Shown here: positions 50,738 through 62,653 of the stretch, piece by piece
Layout of the letters: every line of letters starts with the position of its first letter
Position numbering within the stretch: the stretch's first letter is position 1
Assembly: GCF_006345805.1 (NCBI RefSeq)
Contig: NC_043019.1
Coordinates: forward strand, 13,019,360-13,083,359
Length of the DNA: 64,000 nucleotides
Direction: 5' to 3'
Origin: Octopus sinensis
Lineage: Eukaryota
Translations under genes and position numbers: made by a program
Notes under the pieces: generated by a model
Told to the model about the DNA's origin: nothing
The model's input: only the letters and a program-made list of their open reading frames with translations
Database searches by the model: none

Positions 50738-51127
50738 GTGAGTTTCAGTTTCATTATTATTATCATTATTATTATTTCTCTTATTATATTATTATAGTTG
50801 TGGTAATTATTCCAGCCAGCATTTAATTATAATTTCTTTTCATTTTTGTATTGTAAGATTCTTGAGCTGAAGTACTCTGTTCAATATTGAAATGTATTAT
50901 AGTTGTATCTTGGGAGGGTCATTATGCTAATAATAAGTACATGCATTGATTATGTTTTACTTCTTTATTTTTTATTTGTCTTCCTAATCACATGGTTTTA
51001 GGTTTAGCCTCACTGTGTGACACCTTGGGCAAGTGACTTCTACTGTAGCCTCAAGCAGACCATAGCCTTCTGAGGGGATTTGGTTGACGAGAACTGAAGG
51101 AAGCCCATAGTGTGTGTGTGTGCACGT

Positions 51128-51166
<39 letters not shown>

Positions 51167-52246
51167 TGTGTGTGTTTGTCCCTCCACTACCTCTCGGTAA
51201 GGGATTGCTTTGTTTGTTCCTGCAACTTAGCAATTCAAGAAAAGAGACCGATAGAATAAGTACCAAGCTTAAAAATATTTGTTTGACTAAGCACTTCAAG
51301 GTGGTGCCCCAGCATGGCTGCAGTCTAATGACTGAAACAATTAAAAAGCATTTGGTTAAATATTTAACAAATTAACTAATTGATTGTTTAATTAATTATT
51401 TGGTCAATCAACCAATCAGCTAGGTTTGTCAAAGTCCTTTTGTCACCATCCACAACTTCATCAGTGACATGCCATAGATAGACATGCAGCAGACTCGGAG
51501 TAGAGAAAGCATGCCACTGATGAGGTTATAGAGAGCGATAAAAGGTCTATGACAAAAGTAACTGATTGATTAATAGAAATATTAAATTTCTAAATATCTC
51601 AGAGAGATATAAGCAGTAGTGGAACGATATAGCAGTTGTATACTGTCAACTTAACGTGACAATCCCATAAAGGGAACCACACCACCGCTATGTAGCCCTA
51701 GGAAGCATCAACACTTCCTGTCGGCCTTGACACATTTCCTGTGTTCTTCATCATCATCATCATCATCATCATCATCGTTTAGCGTCCGTTTTCCATGCTA
51801 GCATGGGTTGGACAGGTCAACTGGGGTCTGTGAAGCTGGAAGGCTTCGTCAGGCCCAGTCAGATCTGGCAGTGTTTCTACGGCTGGATGCCCTTCCTAAC
51901 GCCAACCACTCCGCGAGTGTAGTGGGTGTTTTTTACGTGCCACCTGCACAGGTGCCAGACAGAGCTGGCGAACGGCCACGAACGGATGGTGCTTTTACGT
52001 GTCACCGGCACGGGGCCAGGCGATGCCGGCAACGGACACGAACGGATGGTGCTTTTACGTGCCACTGACACGGGGCCAGACAGAGCTGGCAACCGGCCAC
52101 GAATGGACGGTGCTTTTACGTGTCACCGGCACGGGGGCCAGCCGAGGCTGGCAACGGACGCGAACGGATGGTGCTTTTACGTGCCACCGACACGGTTGCC
52201 ATGTTTACAAAAGGGAGACAAGCACCCCCACCCAGCTAAGCCTGCA

Positions 52247-52289
52247 TCCAGAGACTAGTTTCTGAGTCTCTGCTCATCATCAGTCTGGA
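52247..52289 (-). ncRNA. Minimal type-I hammerhead ribozyme, antisense in HS1BP3 intron 3
   Basis: Reverse complement: TCCAGA CTGATGA TGAG-CAGAGA-CTCA GAAA CTAG TC TCTGGA. Canonical core, palindromic ACUAGU, GUC site, extendable stem I. Confidence 0.8.
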
Positions 52290-52416
52290 GTAGCATGGCC
52301 TGCTAGCTGAAGATACCTGTCTAGATTTTGTAATCAACTTAGCCCCTCCCCTGAACTTGCTGGCTTTGTGCCAATATCTGAAACCAATAACTAATATGTC
52401 TCTGATTCCACTTTAG

Positions 52417-52525
52417 GTGCACCCCCAAGTAAACTACAGAAAATGGAAAGTCTGGTTATCAGAGAAGATGCTGACGATGATGCCGAATGTGGTCGTACGG
52501 AAAATAATAAAAAGTTCGTAAAAAG
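52417..52525 (+). CDS. HS1BP3: HS1BP3 exon 4 (GAPPSKLQKMESLVIREDADDDAECGRTENNKKFVKS)
   Basis: ctttag|GTGC...AAAAG|gtaat. Open frame; phase 1 to 2 exactly bridges exons 3 and 5. Confidence 0.75.
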
Positions 52526-52639
52526 GTAATAATTATGTTGAAGTCTCACATTTATTCCCAACGTAACGTATATAATGTATTTTGTGAACAACAACACCAT
52601 TGGTACAGGCTTCCAACAGACTAATATAATATAAAAATA

Positions 52640-52890
52640 ACTGTTCCTTCTTGAGCCATGCCAGGCTCATAAGGGCCAGTTTCCCGGTTTCAGTGGCGTA
52701 GAAATTCTCCACCTGGACGGGACGCCTGTCCATCGCAGCATTACTCATTTTTGCCAGCTGAGTGGACTGGAGCAACGTGAAATGAAGTGTTTTGCTCAAG
52801 AACACAACGCATCGCCCGGTCCAGGAATCAAAACCACAACTTTACGATCATGAGTTCAACACCCTAACCACTAAGCCACACGCCCCCACT
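52640..52890 (-). mobile_element. tRNA-derived SINE family D. Relatives at about 4940-5165, 37480-37650 and 39050-39310
   Basis: Head GGGGCGTGTGGCTTAGTGGTTAGGG; core TTGTGTTCTTGAGCAAAACACTT..TTCAC.TTGCTC. Confidence 0.7.
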
Positions 52891-54359
52891 TCCAACAGAC
52901 TAACTATTGGTTCACTGCATTTATGATAAGTCAGACTAACAAAGGAGTTGTTTTAGGTGGACAAATAGCACAAAGGTATTTCTGTTTAAAATCACTGGTT
53001 TATTGCTAATCTTTAATATCTTATCTTTTACTTGATTCAGTCATTAGGCTGTGGCCATGCTGGGGCACTGCCTTTAAGAATTTTTAGTCAAATGAATAAA
53101 CAATTTTTGTTTTTAAGCTTAGTACTTATCATATTGCTCTTTTTTGCTGAACTGTTAAGTTATAGGAACATAAACACAACAACACTGGTTGTCAATTGGC
53201 AGTGGGGGATAAACATAGACACACACACACACACACTAACCCCTGGAACCTTCCCCTACAAGGATTATATAGAGGCTAGTTTTAGCGCCAATTTTCAGAG
53301 TGTATAGTAACTTGCAAGTCTGCTATGCACAATATCTTGCCTTTATAATAGTCATTTTCACATGTCTGTCCAGCTTCAAATTTGTTGATTTAACTGGTCA
53401 AAATGAATCTACAGTGCGTATTTTCTTCTGTCTTGACATGCTTCAATACAGAGATGAAAAATTTAAATTTACATCACTTTAAAATGGGAAATTTCTATCA
53501 TAAAACCAAGGGGAGTTTCAGTTGGTTTGTTATCAGAGGGATTAAGATGGCTGGGCCTGATTTCAAGATTTGGCTATGATTTCTAGCTGGCTGATACCCC
53601 ACATAGAGGTACCATTGTCAGGTCATTGAGAATGGGGTAAGAGCCCTAGACAGGAAAAAAAGCAGACTAAATACTTTGCAACAAATAAAACCTGTGTCCA
53701 GGGAAGCCACTGTCCTCGATCTGCTAGAAATAGCAACCAAATGCCCCTCGCATCACAACCTGCCATCTTAAAATAAAACAGGATAGTCACAGCAAGAATT
53801 GCATTCTGCTTAGTTAGGGTTGACCTGAGCTAAAAAATGAAAAGAGACAGAGTTGAAGGACACTAGTGTTAGGTTTGTGGGCAGCAAAAATGATTTAGTT
53901 ATAGTTTCTGGCCTTGAAAGATTTTGTTTCTACTGTCATGGTATTTCTCTGAAAACATTCCAGTTAATGCTCTTCTTTTACATATTTAGAATAAGCACTG
54001 AGCAAACAGGGTTAAAGAATGTGCAGGAGGTGGGAGAAGCAATAGGAGGGGAAAGGTAGGAGACTGATGAAAACTAGGTCGCAGGGGTATCAGCTGGAGG
54101 TCAACTTCTGGGGTCATGGGCCAACAAACATATCTAATTTTTGTGATTTACAGTACAAGGGTTCTTTGAGTTCTAGCCTAGATTTGTCAGAGATCATAGG
54201 ATTTTTTCTTCATTGCTGTGAGTTCAATGTAATAAAAACTAGCTTGAGGAAAATAAACATAAAATTGACGTATATGTAGGCATAGATAGCTATGTGGTTA
54301 AGAAGTTTGCTTTGCAATCAATCAACCTCTTAGTTCTGAGTTCAATTGCTCTGTGTAGT

Positions 54360-54468
54360 ACTTTGGATATATATATCTTCTATTGGGATTGGTTAACCTG
54401 AAGCAACAGGTTAACCAATACCAATACTTTGCAAGTAGCAGACAAACTGTGCAGAATTAAGTAAAGTG

Positions 54469-54499
<31 letters not shown>

Positions 54500-55290
54500 T
54501 TGATTTGGATGTATTTCTCCATTTTCTTATTTTGTATTATGAATTTGTGGTAAAACATTTTACCTTTGCCCATATAATACAATAAATGAATTGATTGCAT
54601 CGCAATTCTTAACATTTATGTATTAACTTTGTTGGGTACTTCACTAGCAGTATATTGGTTATATATTATCCCATGGAGGGTTGCATTTACAACCCCTATC
54701 TCAATTTGTATATATATATATACATAAATTTTAATAAGGGTAGAAATTGATATTAATCAATTAAAACCAGTGGCCTAGCATATTAAAAAAAATCCGAAGA
54801 TTAAAATATTTTTACATACAAAATTTAAAGGACTGACCACTAAAAGTGGATGGTCAACATGCTAGATATAGACGTCAAAATTGCTATTTTCCACGAAGAA
54901 TATGTTCTCAAATAAAAAACTCATTTGAGAACTCTTATTTGAGAACACATTCTTTGTGGAAAATACCGATTTTGATGTCTATATCTAGCATGTTGACCGT
55001 CCACTTTTAGTGGTCAGTCCTTTCAATTTTGTATGTAAAAATATTTTAATCTTCGGATTTTTTTTAATATGCTAGGTCACTGGTTTTAATTGATTAATAT
55101 CAATTTCTACCCTTATTAAATTTTATGTATATATATATATACATATATATATACACTTTACTTAATTCTGCACAGTTTGTCTGCTACTTGCAAAGTATTT
55201 GTATTGGTTAACCTGTTGCTTTCAGGTTAACCAATCCCAATAGAAGATATATATCCAAAGTGGTCAGTCCTTTAAATTTTGTATATATAT
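54360..55290. repeat. Nested inverted repeats (outer ~105-bp arms, inner ~205-bp arms)
   Basis: 54360-54470 pairs with 55150-55261; 54712-54918 pairs with 54938-55140. Confidence 0.88.
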
Positions 55291-55574
55291 ACATATATAT
55301 GTATGTGTGTGTGTGTTTGTGTGTAAAGGTTGAATTATATTTCATCCTTTACTTTGGAGGGTTCTAAAAGCAATTTCTACCATTGGGTCGTGACCCCAGT
55401 TGGGGTCACAAAGCAAAAATTAAATTCAAATAATTGAATTTCAGTTTATGTGTTATTTTCTCAAATGAATATTTAATACCTGGGGTCACACAAAAAAACA
55501 AAAAACCTCGTAATGAAAAACGGGGTCATGAATGAAAGAAGTTTAAGAAGCGCTGCCCTAGCAGATAAAAGGAT

Positions 55575-55622
55575 CACTTTGACTGACTCAGTTTTGAGCT
55601 ATATGGCTCATCTTCAGTGATG
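55575..55622 (-). ncRNA. Hammerhead relic (probable CpG decay of G12)
   Basis: Reverse complement: CTGAAGA T GAGC-CATATA-GCTC AAAAC TGAGTCAGTC. Stem I not recoverable. Confidence 0.35.
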
Positions 55623-56090
55623 AGCACCTGGCTGCTTGAGCGATAGCCAGAGTCTGCTCCAGCCAGCAATATATTGTAAACAAAGTGACCATCAGTCACC
55701 GATTTGCAACAAGCAAAATAGCTAGTTGTAAAATCTCAAGAAGCAATCAGGGTAGTAACTATACCAACATGTCATACTTATTATTTATAGAATTTATCTC
55801 TCTGCATATTGCGTATCTGCAATGTTTGTATATTGCAGCGAGATGTGTGGTGCACTGTTGACAACAAGTTCATTATATATAAATTCTATGAATAAATCAT
55901 GTAACTGCATCCTATAGGAAGTACTTCATTGAATGTGGTCTTCTTTGTTTATCAAGTAAGAGTGCCAGGAATATAAATGTGTGTGTGTGTATATATAATA
56001 TATATATATGTATATAAATAAATATAAGAGAGTGGTCACTATATGGCTCACTCTAGCACCAGTTAATCCAAAAGGTTTCAACCACAAAGG

Positions 56091-56214
<124 letters not shown>

Positions 56215-56536
56215 TAGGTGCAGGTGTGGTGTGTGGTAGGAAGTTTGCTTTCCAACCACATGGTTCCAAGTTCAGTCCCACTGTGTGGCACCTTGGGCAA
56301 GTGTCTTCTACTATAGCCTTGGGCCAACTAATGCCTTGTAGATAGAAACTGAAAGAGGTCTGTCGCGTATATATATATATATTTATATATATCTCGAATC
56401 TTTTACACATGCCATCGGCACAGGTGCCAGTAACACTCGAATGGTGTCTTTTACGTGCAACGATCAAAGTAGATATAATTAAGTAAATACTTGTTTTAAA
56501 AGGTTAAAGGAAATGATTTTTTCCATCTGTTTTCAG

Positions 56537-56661
56537 TCCAATGGATGAAGTTAACATTTTTGGTGAAGAGGAAGAGGAACCCCAAGAATTGTTTCCAGAT
56601 ATAGGAACAAATCAGAAGAAATTGGATTCAAACCTTTTTGTTGGCGATTCCAAAGCAAAAT
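56537..56661 (+). CDS. HS1BP3: HS1BP3 exon 5 (PMDEVNIFGEEEEEPQELFPDIGTNQKKLDSNLFVGDSKAK)
   Basis: ttttcag|T...AAAT|gtgagt. Acidic, IF/LF-motif region; phase 2 to 1. Confidence 0.82.
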
Positions 56662-56921
56662 GTGAGTGTCTTCATTATGTTTCTAATTTTAGTTTGTTTT
56701 TGTATTTTGGTTGGCATGATTCTAATTTTTGTATTTCAGAAAAGGGAAAAGGCCCATTTCCCTCCCCTTATTGAATAAAAAAGCGAAAACAAATTATATT
56801 TGTATCCATTGTAGGCGGATAGTAGAGTTGGTAAAGTATTTGAAAAAAAAATACCTGTGGTATTATGTCCTTTGTTGTTTAAAGTTTCAGAGCTCACATC
56901 TCACTCAAATCCATTTCACTT

Positions 56922-56961
<40 letters not shown>

Positions 56962-58079
56962 CTCTTTTACTCTTTTACTTGTTTCAGTCATTTGACTGCA
57001 GCCACGCTGGAGCACTGCCTTTAATCGAGCAACTCGACCCCGGGACTTATTCTTTTGTAAGCCCAGTACTTATTTTATCGGTCTCTTTTGCCGAACCGCT
57101 AGGTGACAGGGACATAAACACACCAGCATCGGTTGTCAAGCGATGTTGGGGGGACAAACACAGACATACAAACATACACGCACACATTTATATACATATA
57201 TATGACGGGCTTCTTTCAGTTTCCGTCTACCAAATCCACTTACAAGGCTTTGGTCGGCCTGAGGCTATAGTAGAAGACACTTGCCCAAGGTGCCACGCAG
57301 TGGGACTGAACCCGGAACCATGTGGTTGGTAAACAAGCTACTTACCACACAGCCACTCCTACGCCTATATATATATAAACAAATAAAAAAATAAATGTGC
57401 CCTTTTTAAAGTCTAGCCAGGCTCATGGGCCCAGTTTCCTGGTCTCTATGGCGTATGTGTTCCTCAGCTGGATGAGACGCCAGTCCATCATAGCGTTAAA
57501 AGCACTGGTGATGGTGCCTCTTAAAAAACACTGGTGATGGTGCCTCTTAAAAAGTACGGGTGCTGGTGCCATTAAAAATGCACAGGTGCTGGTGCCTCTA
57601 AGAAGCACTGGTGCTGGTACCACATAAAAGGCACCCAATACATTCTGTAAGAAAAGCACCCAGCTGTAGAAACCAACCGAAAACAGACCATGGAGCGTGG
57701 TGCGGCCCTTTATTTTGTCAGTTCCTGTCAAGCCGTCCAACCCATCCCAGCATGGAAAACGGATGCTGAATGTTAATGATGATGATATCAAGTCCTGGTG
57801 GTATCTGCTCTATTGACTTCTACCTTTATTACTCTATCTCCAGTATTTGTCTAAAGAACTACATCTCTGCTGCATTGATAAACTGTTGCATTTGTCTGTT
57901 CGTGTCCCAGGTCTTATATTGGTTATATGTATATTCCAAGGATTCTCGCTCTTAATGAAAGCTATTCAATTTAGTTGGTTTGATTTTATTCCGACAGCAG
58001 CTCTTTCCAAAGTCGATCTAAGGGAGATAAATGCATAGAACAAGGGAGATAAGTTATTGTAGTTTACTTTTAATGACCA

Positions 58080-58228
58080 TTTTCACTTTTGAAATAGTGG
58101 ACATGAATGAGATATGACAAAAGAAGTTAGAGAGATTAAGATGTATGCTCGGGTGTTGGTAGATAGAGAGATAGATTGATAGATAGAGAGAGAGAGAGAG
58201 ACAGGTATATCCCAGGATAGAGAGATAC

Positions 58229-58271
<43 letters not shown>

Positions 58272-58580
58272 GTGAGAGAGAGAGGATCTGTATCTCTGGA
58301 GGGAGAGAAAAAGAGCGGTATATCCCAGGATAGAGAGAAAGAGATTGATAGATAGATAGATAGATAGATAGATAGAGGTATATCCCTTGATAGAGAAATA
58401 GATAGACAGAGAAAGAGAGGGGGTATATTCCTGGATAGAGAGATAGCTAGATATATAGAGAAAGAGAGAGTTATATCTCTGGATAGAGAGATAGATAGCT
58501 AGAGAAAGACACATATACCTTGATAAAGAGATAGAGAGAAAGGTATATTCCTAAATAGATAGATAGATAGAGAGAGAGAG
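58080..58580. repeat. Compound (GATA)n/(GA)n microsatellite; (AAT)n blocks at 19190-19330 and 19800-19900; many (TA)n/(CA)n tracts throughout
   Basis: Direct inspection. Confidence 0.9.
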
Positions 58581-59549
58581 GGGTGTTAGTGACCATATGG
58601 GTTAGTTCTGGTATGCCTTGCATGAAATAGAAAGGATATTGTTGTCTGGGTTAGTGGTTTTGGTTAGAAGTAACTGGTGGTACTTTCACCCAGTTGATGT
58701 ATACGTATGTACTTCGGTGATGAATCTGGTAATCTCTCCCAAAACTATCAGATTCCATTCAACCAGGCACATTATCAAGTACACATATAAGTGTGAATGA
58801 GATTATCAATTGTGTGTTGTGTAGGGTTGGATGCAAAGTGGGCAAGAAATAATGGGGACTTTTTTGAGGTGATAGGGGCTGTTCAGAGAACCAGCATATT
58901 TGGGAAGTGGAAAGAAAGAGGGTTCTGCAAAATTAGTAAAGACCCTTTTGGTACAGAGGTGAGGACAAATAACGAAGCCTTTGCAATATGCTGTGCTTGA
59001 GAAGACTCATCAAACCAAGTGATATTGTAGTTGTGGCACATACTGGTGTCACACAACTGGCACTGTGGTTGGCATTAGGAAGGGCATCCAGCTGTAGAAA
59101 CCATGCCAAATCAGACTGGAGTCTGGTGTTGTCCCTCAGCTTACCAGCCCTGGTCAAACTGTCCTACTTGTGCCAGCATGGACAATGGACGTTAAATGAC
59201 GATGTTGATGATGATGATGATGATGATGTATATATTTCTTTGTGTTTGTTTATTTCCCGCATCACTTGACAACTGGTGTTGGTTCGTTTACGTTCCTGTA
59301 ACTAGCAGTTTACCAAGAGAGGCCAATAGAATGAGCACAATAAGCACCAGACTTTAAAAAAGCAAGTACTTGGGGGTAATTTGTTCAACTGAACCCTTCA
59401 AGGCTGTGCCCCAGCATGGTCACAGTCCAACAACTGAAACAATTGAAAGAGATTTATACTTTATATAATCGCTTACTCTTATGTTCTTAGTCATGCCTGA
59501 ATGCCGATGAATTTGGCAAAATGGCTAAAATAACTTCTTTCTCTTTCAG

Positions 59550-59682
59550 CTTACAAAGTGAAAATGTTTGAGGAAGAGAACTTGGAAGAAGAATCTGTTA
59601 AGAGTATACTGAGTCCCGTCACAGAAGAGAAAACATTATCTCCGGAAAACAAATCCAATTTATTTTCAGATGACCTTCTCCA
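59550..59682 (+). CDS. HS1BP3: HS1BP3 exon 6 (SYKVKMFEEENLEEESVKSILSPVTEEKTLSPENKSNLFSDDLLQ)
   Basis: ctctttcag|CT...CA|gtaag. Open frame; phase 1 to 2. Confidence 0.82.
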
Positions 59683-59983
59683 GTAAGAATTTCTGTCTTT
59701 ATTCTTCCCTTACTTTTTCAACTTCAGTTTTTCATCAATTTCAATTTTATTCTCTACAATTATTCTATACCATGGAGAAGGTAATTTTGACTGAATAGAT
59801 TAAGCAGTGAACACCCTACTTTGTTACTCAATCAGCTGAAAAAAAATAGCTATGAAATTTCACTTATATCACACTCAGCTGTCTGATAAAAATGAAAGGA
59901 CATCTGTTGGTATGGGTTACATAAGACTTATTGATATCCTTCCTGCAGGTAATCTTTATCTCTTTACCTTATGCAACCCCAGG

Positions 59984-60027
<44 letters not shown>

Positions 60028-60829
60028 TAAATTAGAGATAAAACCACTATTAGGCAAATCAAACAGTGAAAATCATAAACCAATACATAGAAATAAAATT
60101 AATTAATAAAAATATATAAAATATAAAATTCAAAATTTTAAATATTTAAATTAAAGTTAAAATTTAAAAAATTATTTAAATTAATAATTTATACTTATAA
60201 ATTTTTAAATATATATATAATATATATATATATTTTTTTTTTTTTTAATTATTTAATTAATTAATTTATTATATATTTTTTTATATTTAAAAAATTTTTT
60301 TTTTTTTTAATATAACTATCAAAAATTATTAAAAGTTTGAAATAAGATAAAGAGTAATATATATATATGAGAGTGTTGGAGTTTGTTTGAAGCATTATAG
60401 TACAGAAATAGAAGAGGAAGAAAAGGGAAATAAAGAAAGCTTCTAACAATGTTGGAAGTTTTACAAAAAGCCCCTTTATATTTTTTGGGTGTTATGTTAT
60501 GATGATGGCGACTACAACCAATATCATAACTTATACCGCCAACCCCCTCTTCCACCACCACCACCACCATAGGAAAATATGTCACAATGACCATGACCAA
60601 CAGTTGGAGAGTTACTGCTGCAGCTAACCCAAATGCTAAGTTTAAAATAAAATGATGACTGCTTCCTTCTGTCATTTTCTACTTATATATGTATATGCAT
60701 ATATATATAATATAATAATAATAATGAAATTATTGTATGCAGTGCTCAGGTGCACCACAACTTGTCAGAAAGTGCATATAAAGTACATGCAGTAATGTAG
60801 AAATGTCTGGAAAGCGAACAATGTATGAG

Positions 60830-61530
60830 TCAGATACATGCTTGTGTGTGTATGAAGGGGAGAAAATCAAGTGTAGTGTTGGCGAATCTCAGGAAGCATG
60901 GAAGTTTTGAAGGATGCAGTGCTCCGACAACTAACAACTGATGCCGGAAGTTTGTTCCATGCTTCAGCGTGTGTATGGAGGGGAGAATATCAGGTGTAGT
61001 GTTGGCGAATCTCAGGAAGCATGGAAGTTTTGAAGGATGCAGTACTCCGACAACTAACAACTGATGCCAGCAGTTTGTTCCATGCTTCAGCGTGTGTATG
61101 GAGGGGAGAATATCAGGTGTAGTGTTGGCGAATCTCAGGAAGCATGGAAGTTTTGAAGGATGCAGTACTCCGACAACTAACAACTGATGCCAGCAGTTTG
61201 TTCCATGCTTCAGCGTGTGTATGGAGGGGAGAAAATGAGGTGTAGTGTTGGCGAATCTCAGGAAGCATGGAAGTTTTGAAGGATGCAGTACTCCAACAAC
61301 TAACAACCGATGCCGGCAGTTTGTTCCATGCTTCAGCAACTCTCAGCGTGAAAAAATGTTTCCTGAAGTCATGGGAGCTGTGCTGTTTTCTGACTTTGTA
61401 AATATGTCCACGGGTGTTAGATGGGTGGAGTTTGAAAAGATGCTCAGAGTTATTGTTTGTACGATGGTTGATAATTTTATGGGTGTCTGCCAAATCAGCT
61501 GCCAGACGTCGGAGTTTGTGTATGTATGTG
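60830..61530 (-). mobile_element. CR1-like LINE 3' relic with 120-bp tandemly amplified terminus
   Basis: NTRGHIYKV...FRKHFFTLRVAEAWNKLP, a CR1/L2-type C-terminus; about 4 units of 120 bp at 60845-61340. Confidence 0.75.
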
Positions 61531-61693
61531 CATGCATGAGCATGGGTCTTGGTCCATGTCAATGTTTATATCAGTATAAAAAATGTTTTGAATTAGTGAT
61601 GCATTATTGTTGTTGCTATTATTATTATTATTATTATTATTATTACATAAAGTTAATCAATTTGTGTTGACGGTAATTCTTTCTAATTAACAG

Positions 61694-61901
61694 AGTGGAA
61701 GACGACTTTTCGCAACTGCTAGCAGTGAACAAAAAACCCAGGAAGCCGGTGCCAACCCCAAGAACACACAAACCCAAAAAAGCAGCAGATGCAGCGCAGA
61801 TAGCTAAGCAGCCCAGCCCTGTTTTACCAACATCCGTTGATGAATTTGCAAAATATATTGAAGAAAATACGGATAGAGAGGAGGTTGACCTTTTTTCATA
61901 A
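61694..61901 (+). CDS. HS1BP3: HS1BP3 terminal exon (VEDDFSQLLAVNKKPRKPVPTPRTHKPK...DEFAKYIEENTDREEVDLFS*)
   Basis: aacag|AGTG...TAA. VE.D..Q.L, Pro/Lys-rich stretch and ..YI......LF end resemble the HS1BP3 C-terminus. The seven exons total 972 nt = 323 aa + stop. Confidence 0.88.
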
Positions 61902-62522
61902 CATCCATTGATCCAGTTCAATCAACTGTTTATAGACTTAGTCGCAAAATTAAAAATCGTTTAAGCTTCCTATATAGAAATCTCACGTACATATATATAT
62001 ACATATATATATATATATAATATATATATATATATATTATACATGTACCGGTGTGGGATCATTTATCTGGCAATATAATATTTTGAACATCTTTTAATTA
62101 GGGTTTTTAACTCAAACCTAATATCTAAAATGCAAACCAAATGATTTGTTCAGCTTTTTAATTGGTAGGTGCCTGTTGTCATTTTATCCAAAAAATAATA
62201 TTTTACGATATATATATACATATATATATATATGTAATTGCTTTCATCCTTCAAAAAAACCATAAGATTAAAAGTCTGCACCTTCAAGTATTAATCTTTT
62301 TGATACCATTTGCCTGACACTGCCTGTTTGATACAACACCTTTATTTCTAAAGTGCCCATATTTTAATTACAAACTTCATCATAATTTTATTGAAGTACC
62401 TTTTCATAAGTTTATATTCCAAGTACCTGAATAATTAGTGTAGAAATATATGCAAAACTTAAGTTATTTTGCTAAATGCAACAAATTTCTTAAATCAATT
62501 TTAATCAAATCATATGACTCAA

Positions 62523-62653
62523 TCATGATTGGATAATATCCAAAGCTTTGGTTAATGACACTTGTGGATCCAAGTGGATCGTTTGTTGATGGTTGCTTCT
62601 GATAGAACCATCTGGAAAAGTATGTCTGAGGAACTCCACTTTTATTGCCCTCA
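62523..62653 (-). CDS. Candidate terminal exon of an unidentified convergent gene (RAIKVEFLRHTFPDGSIRSNHQQTIHLDPQVSLTKALDIIQS*, or the alternative frame ending at 62464)
   Basis: Strong minus-strand acceptor ccatctttatccacttatatttcag; non-repetitive coding-like sequence with two open frames. No upstream exon found in the window. Confidence 0.35.

Noticed and set aside
51440-51575. Inverted pair of CTGATGA(A/G)G motifs as HHRs
   Set aside because: GAAA is disrupted and the stems are not recoverable; at most ancient relics.
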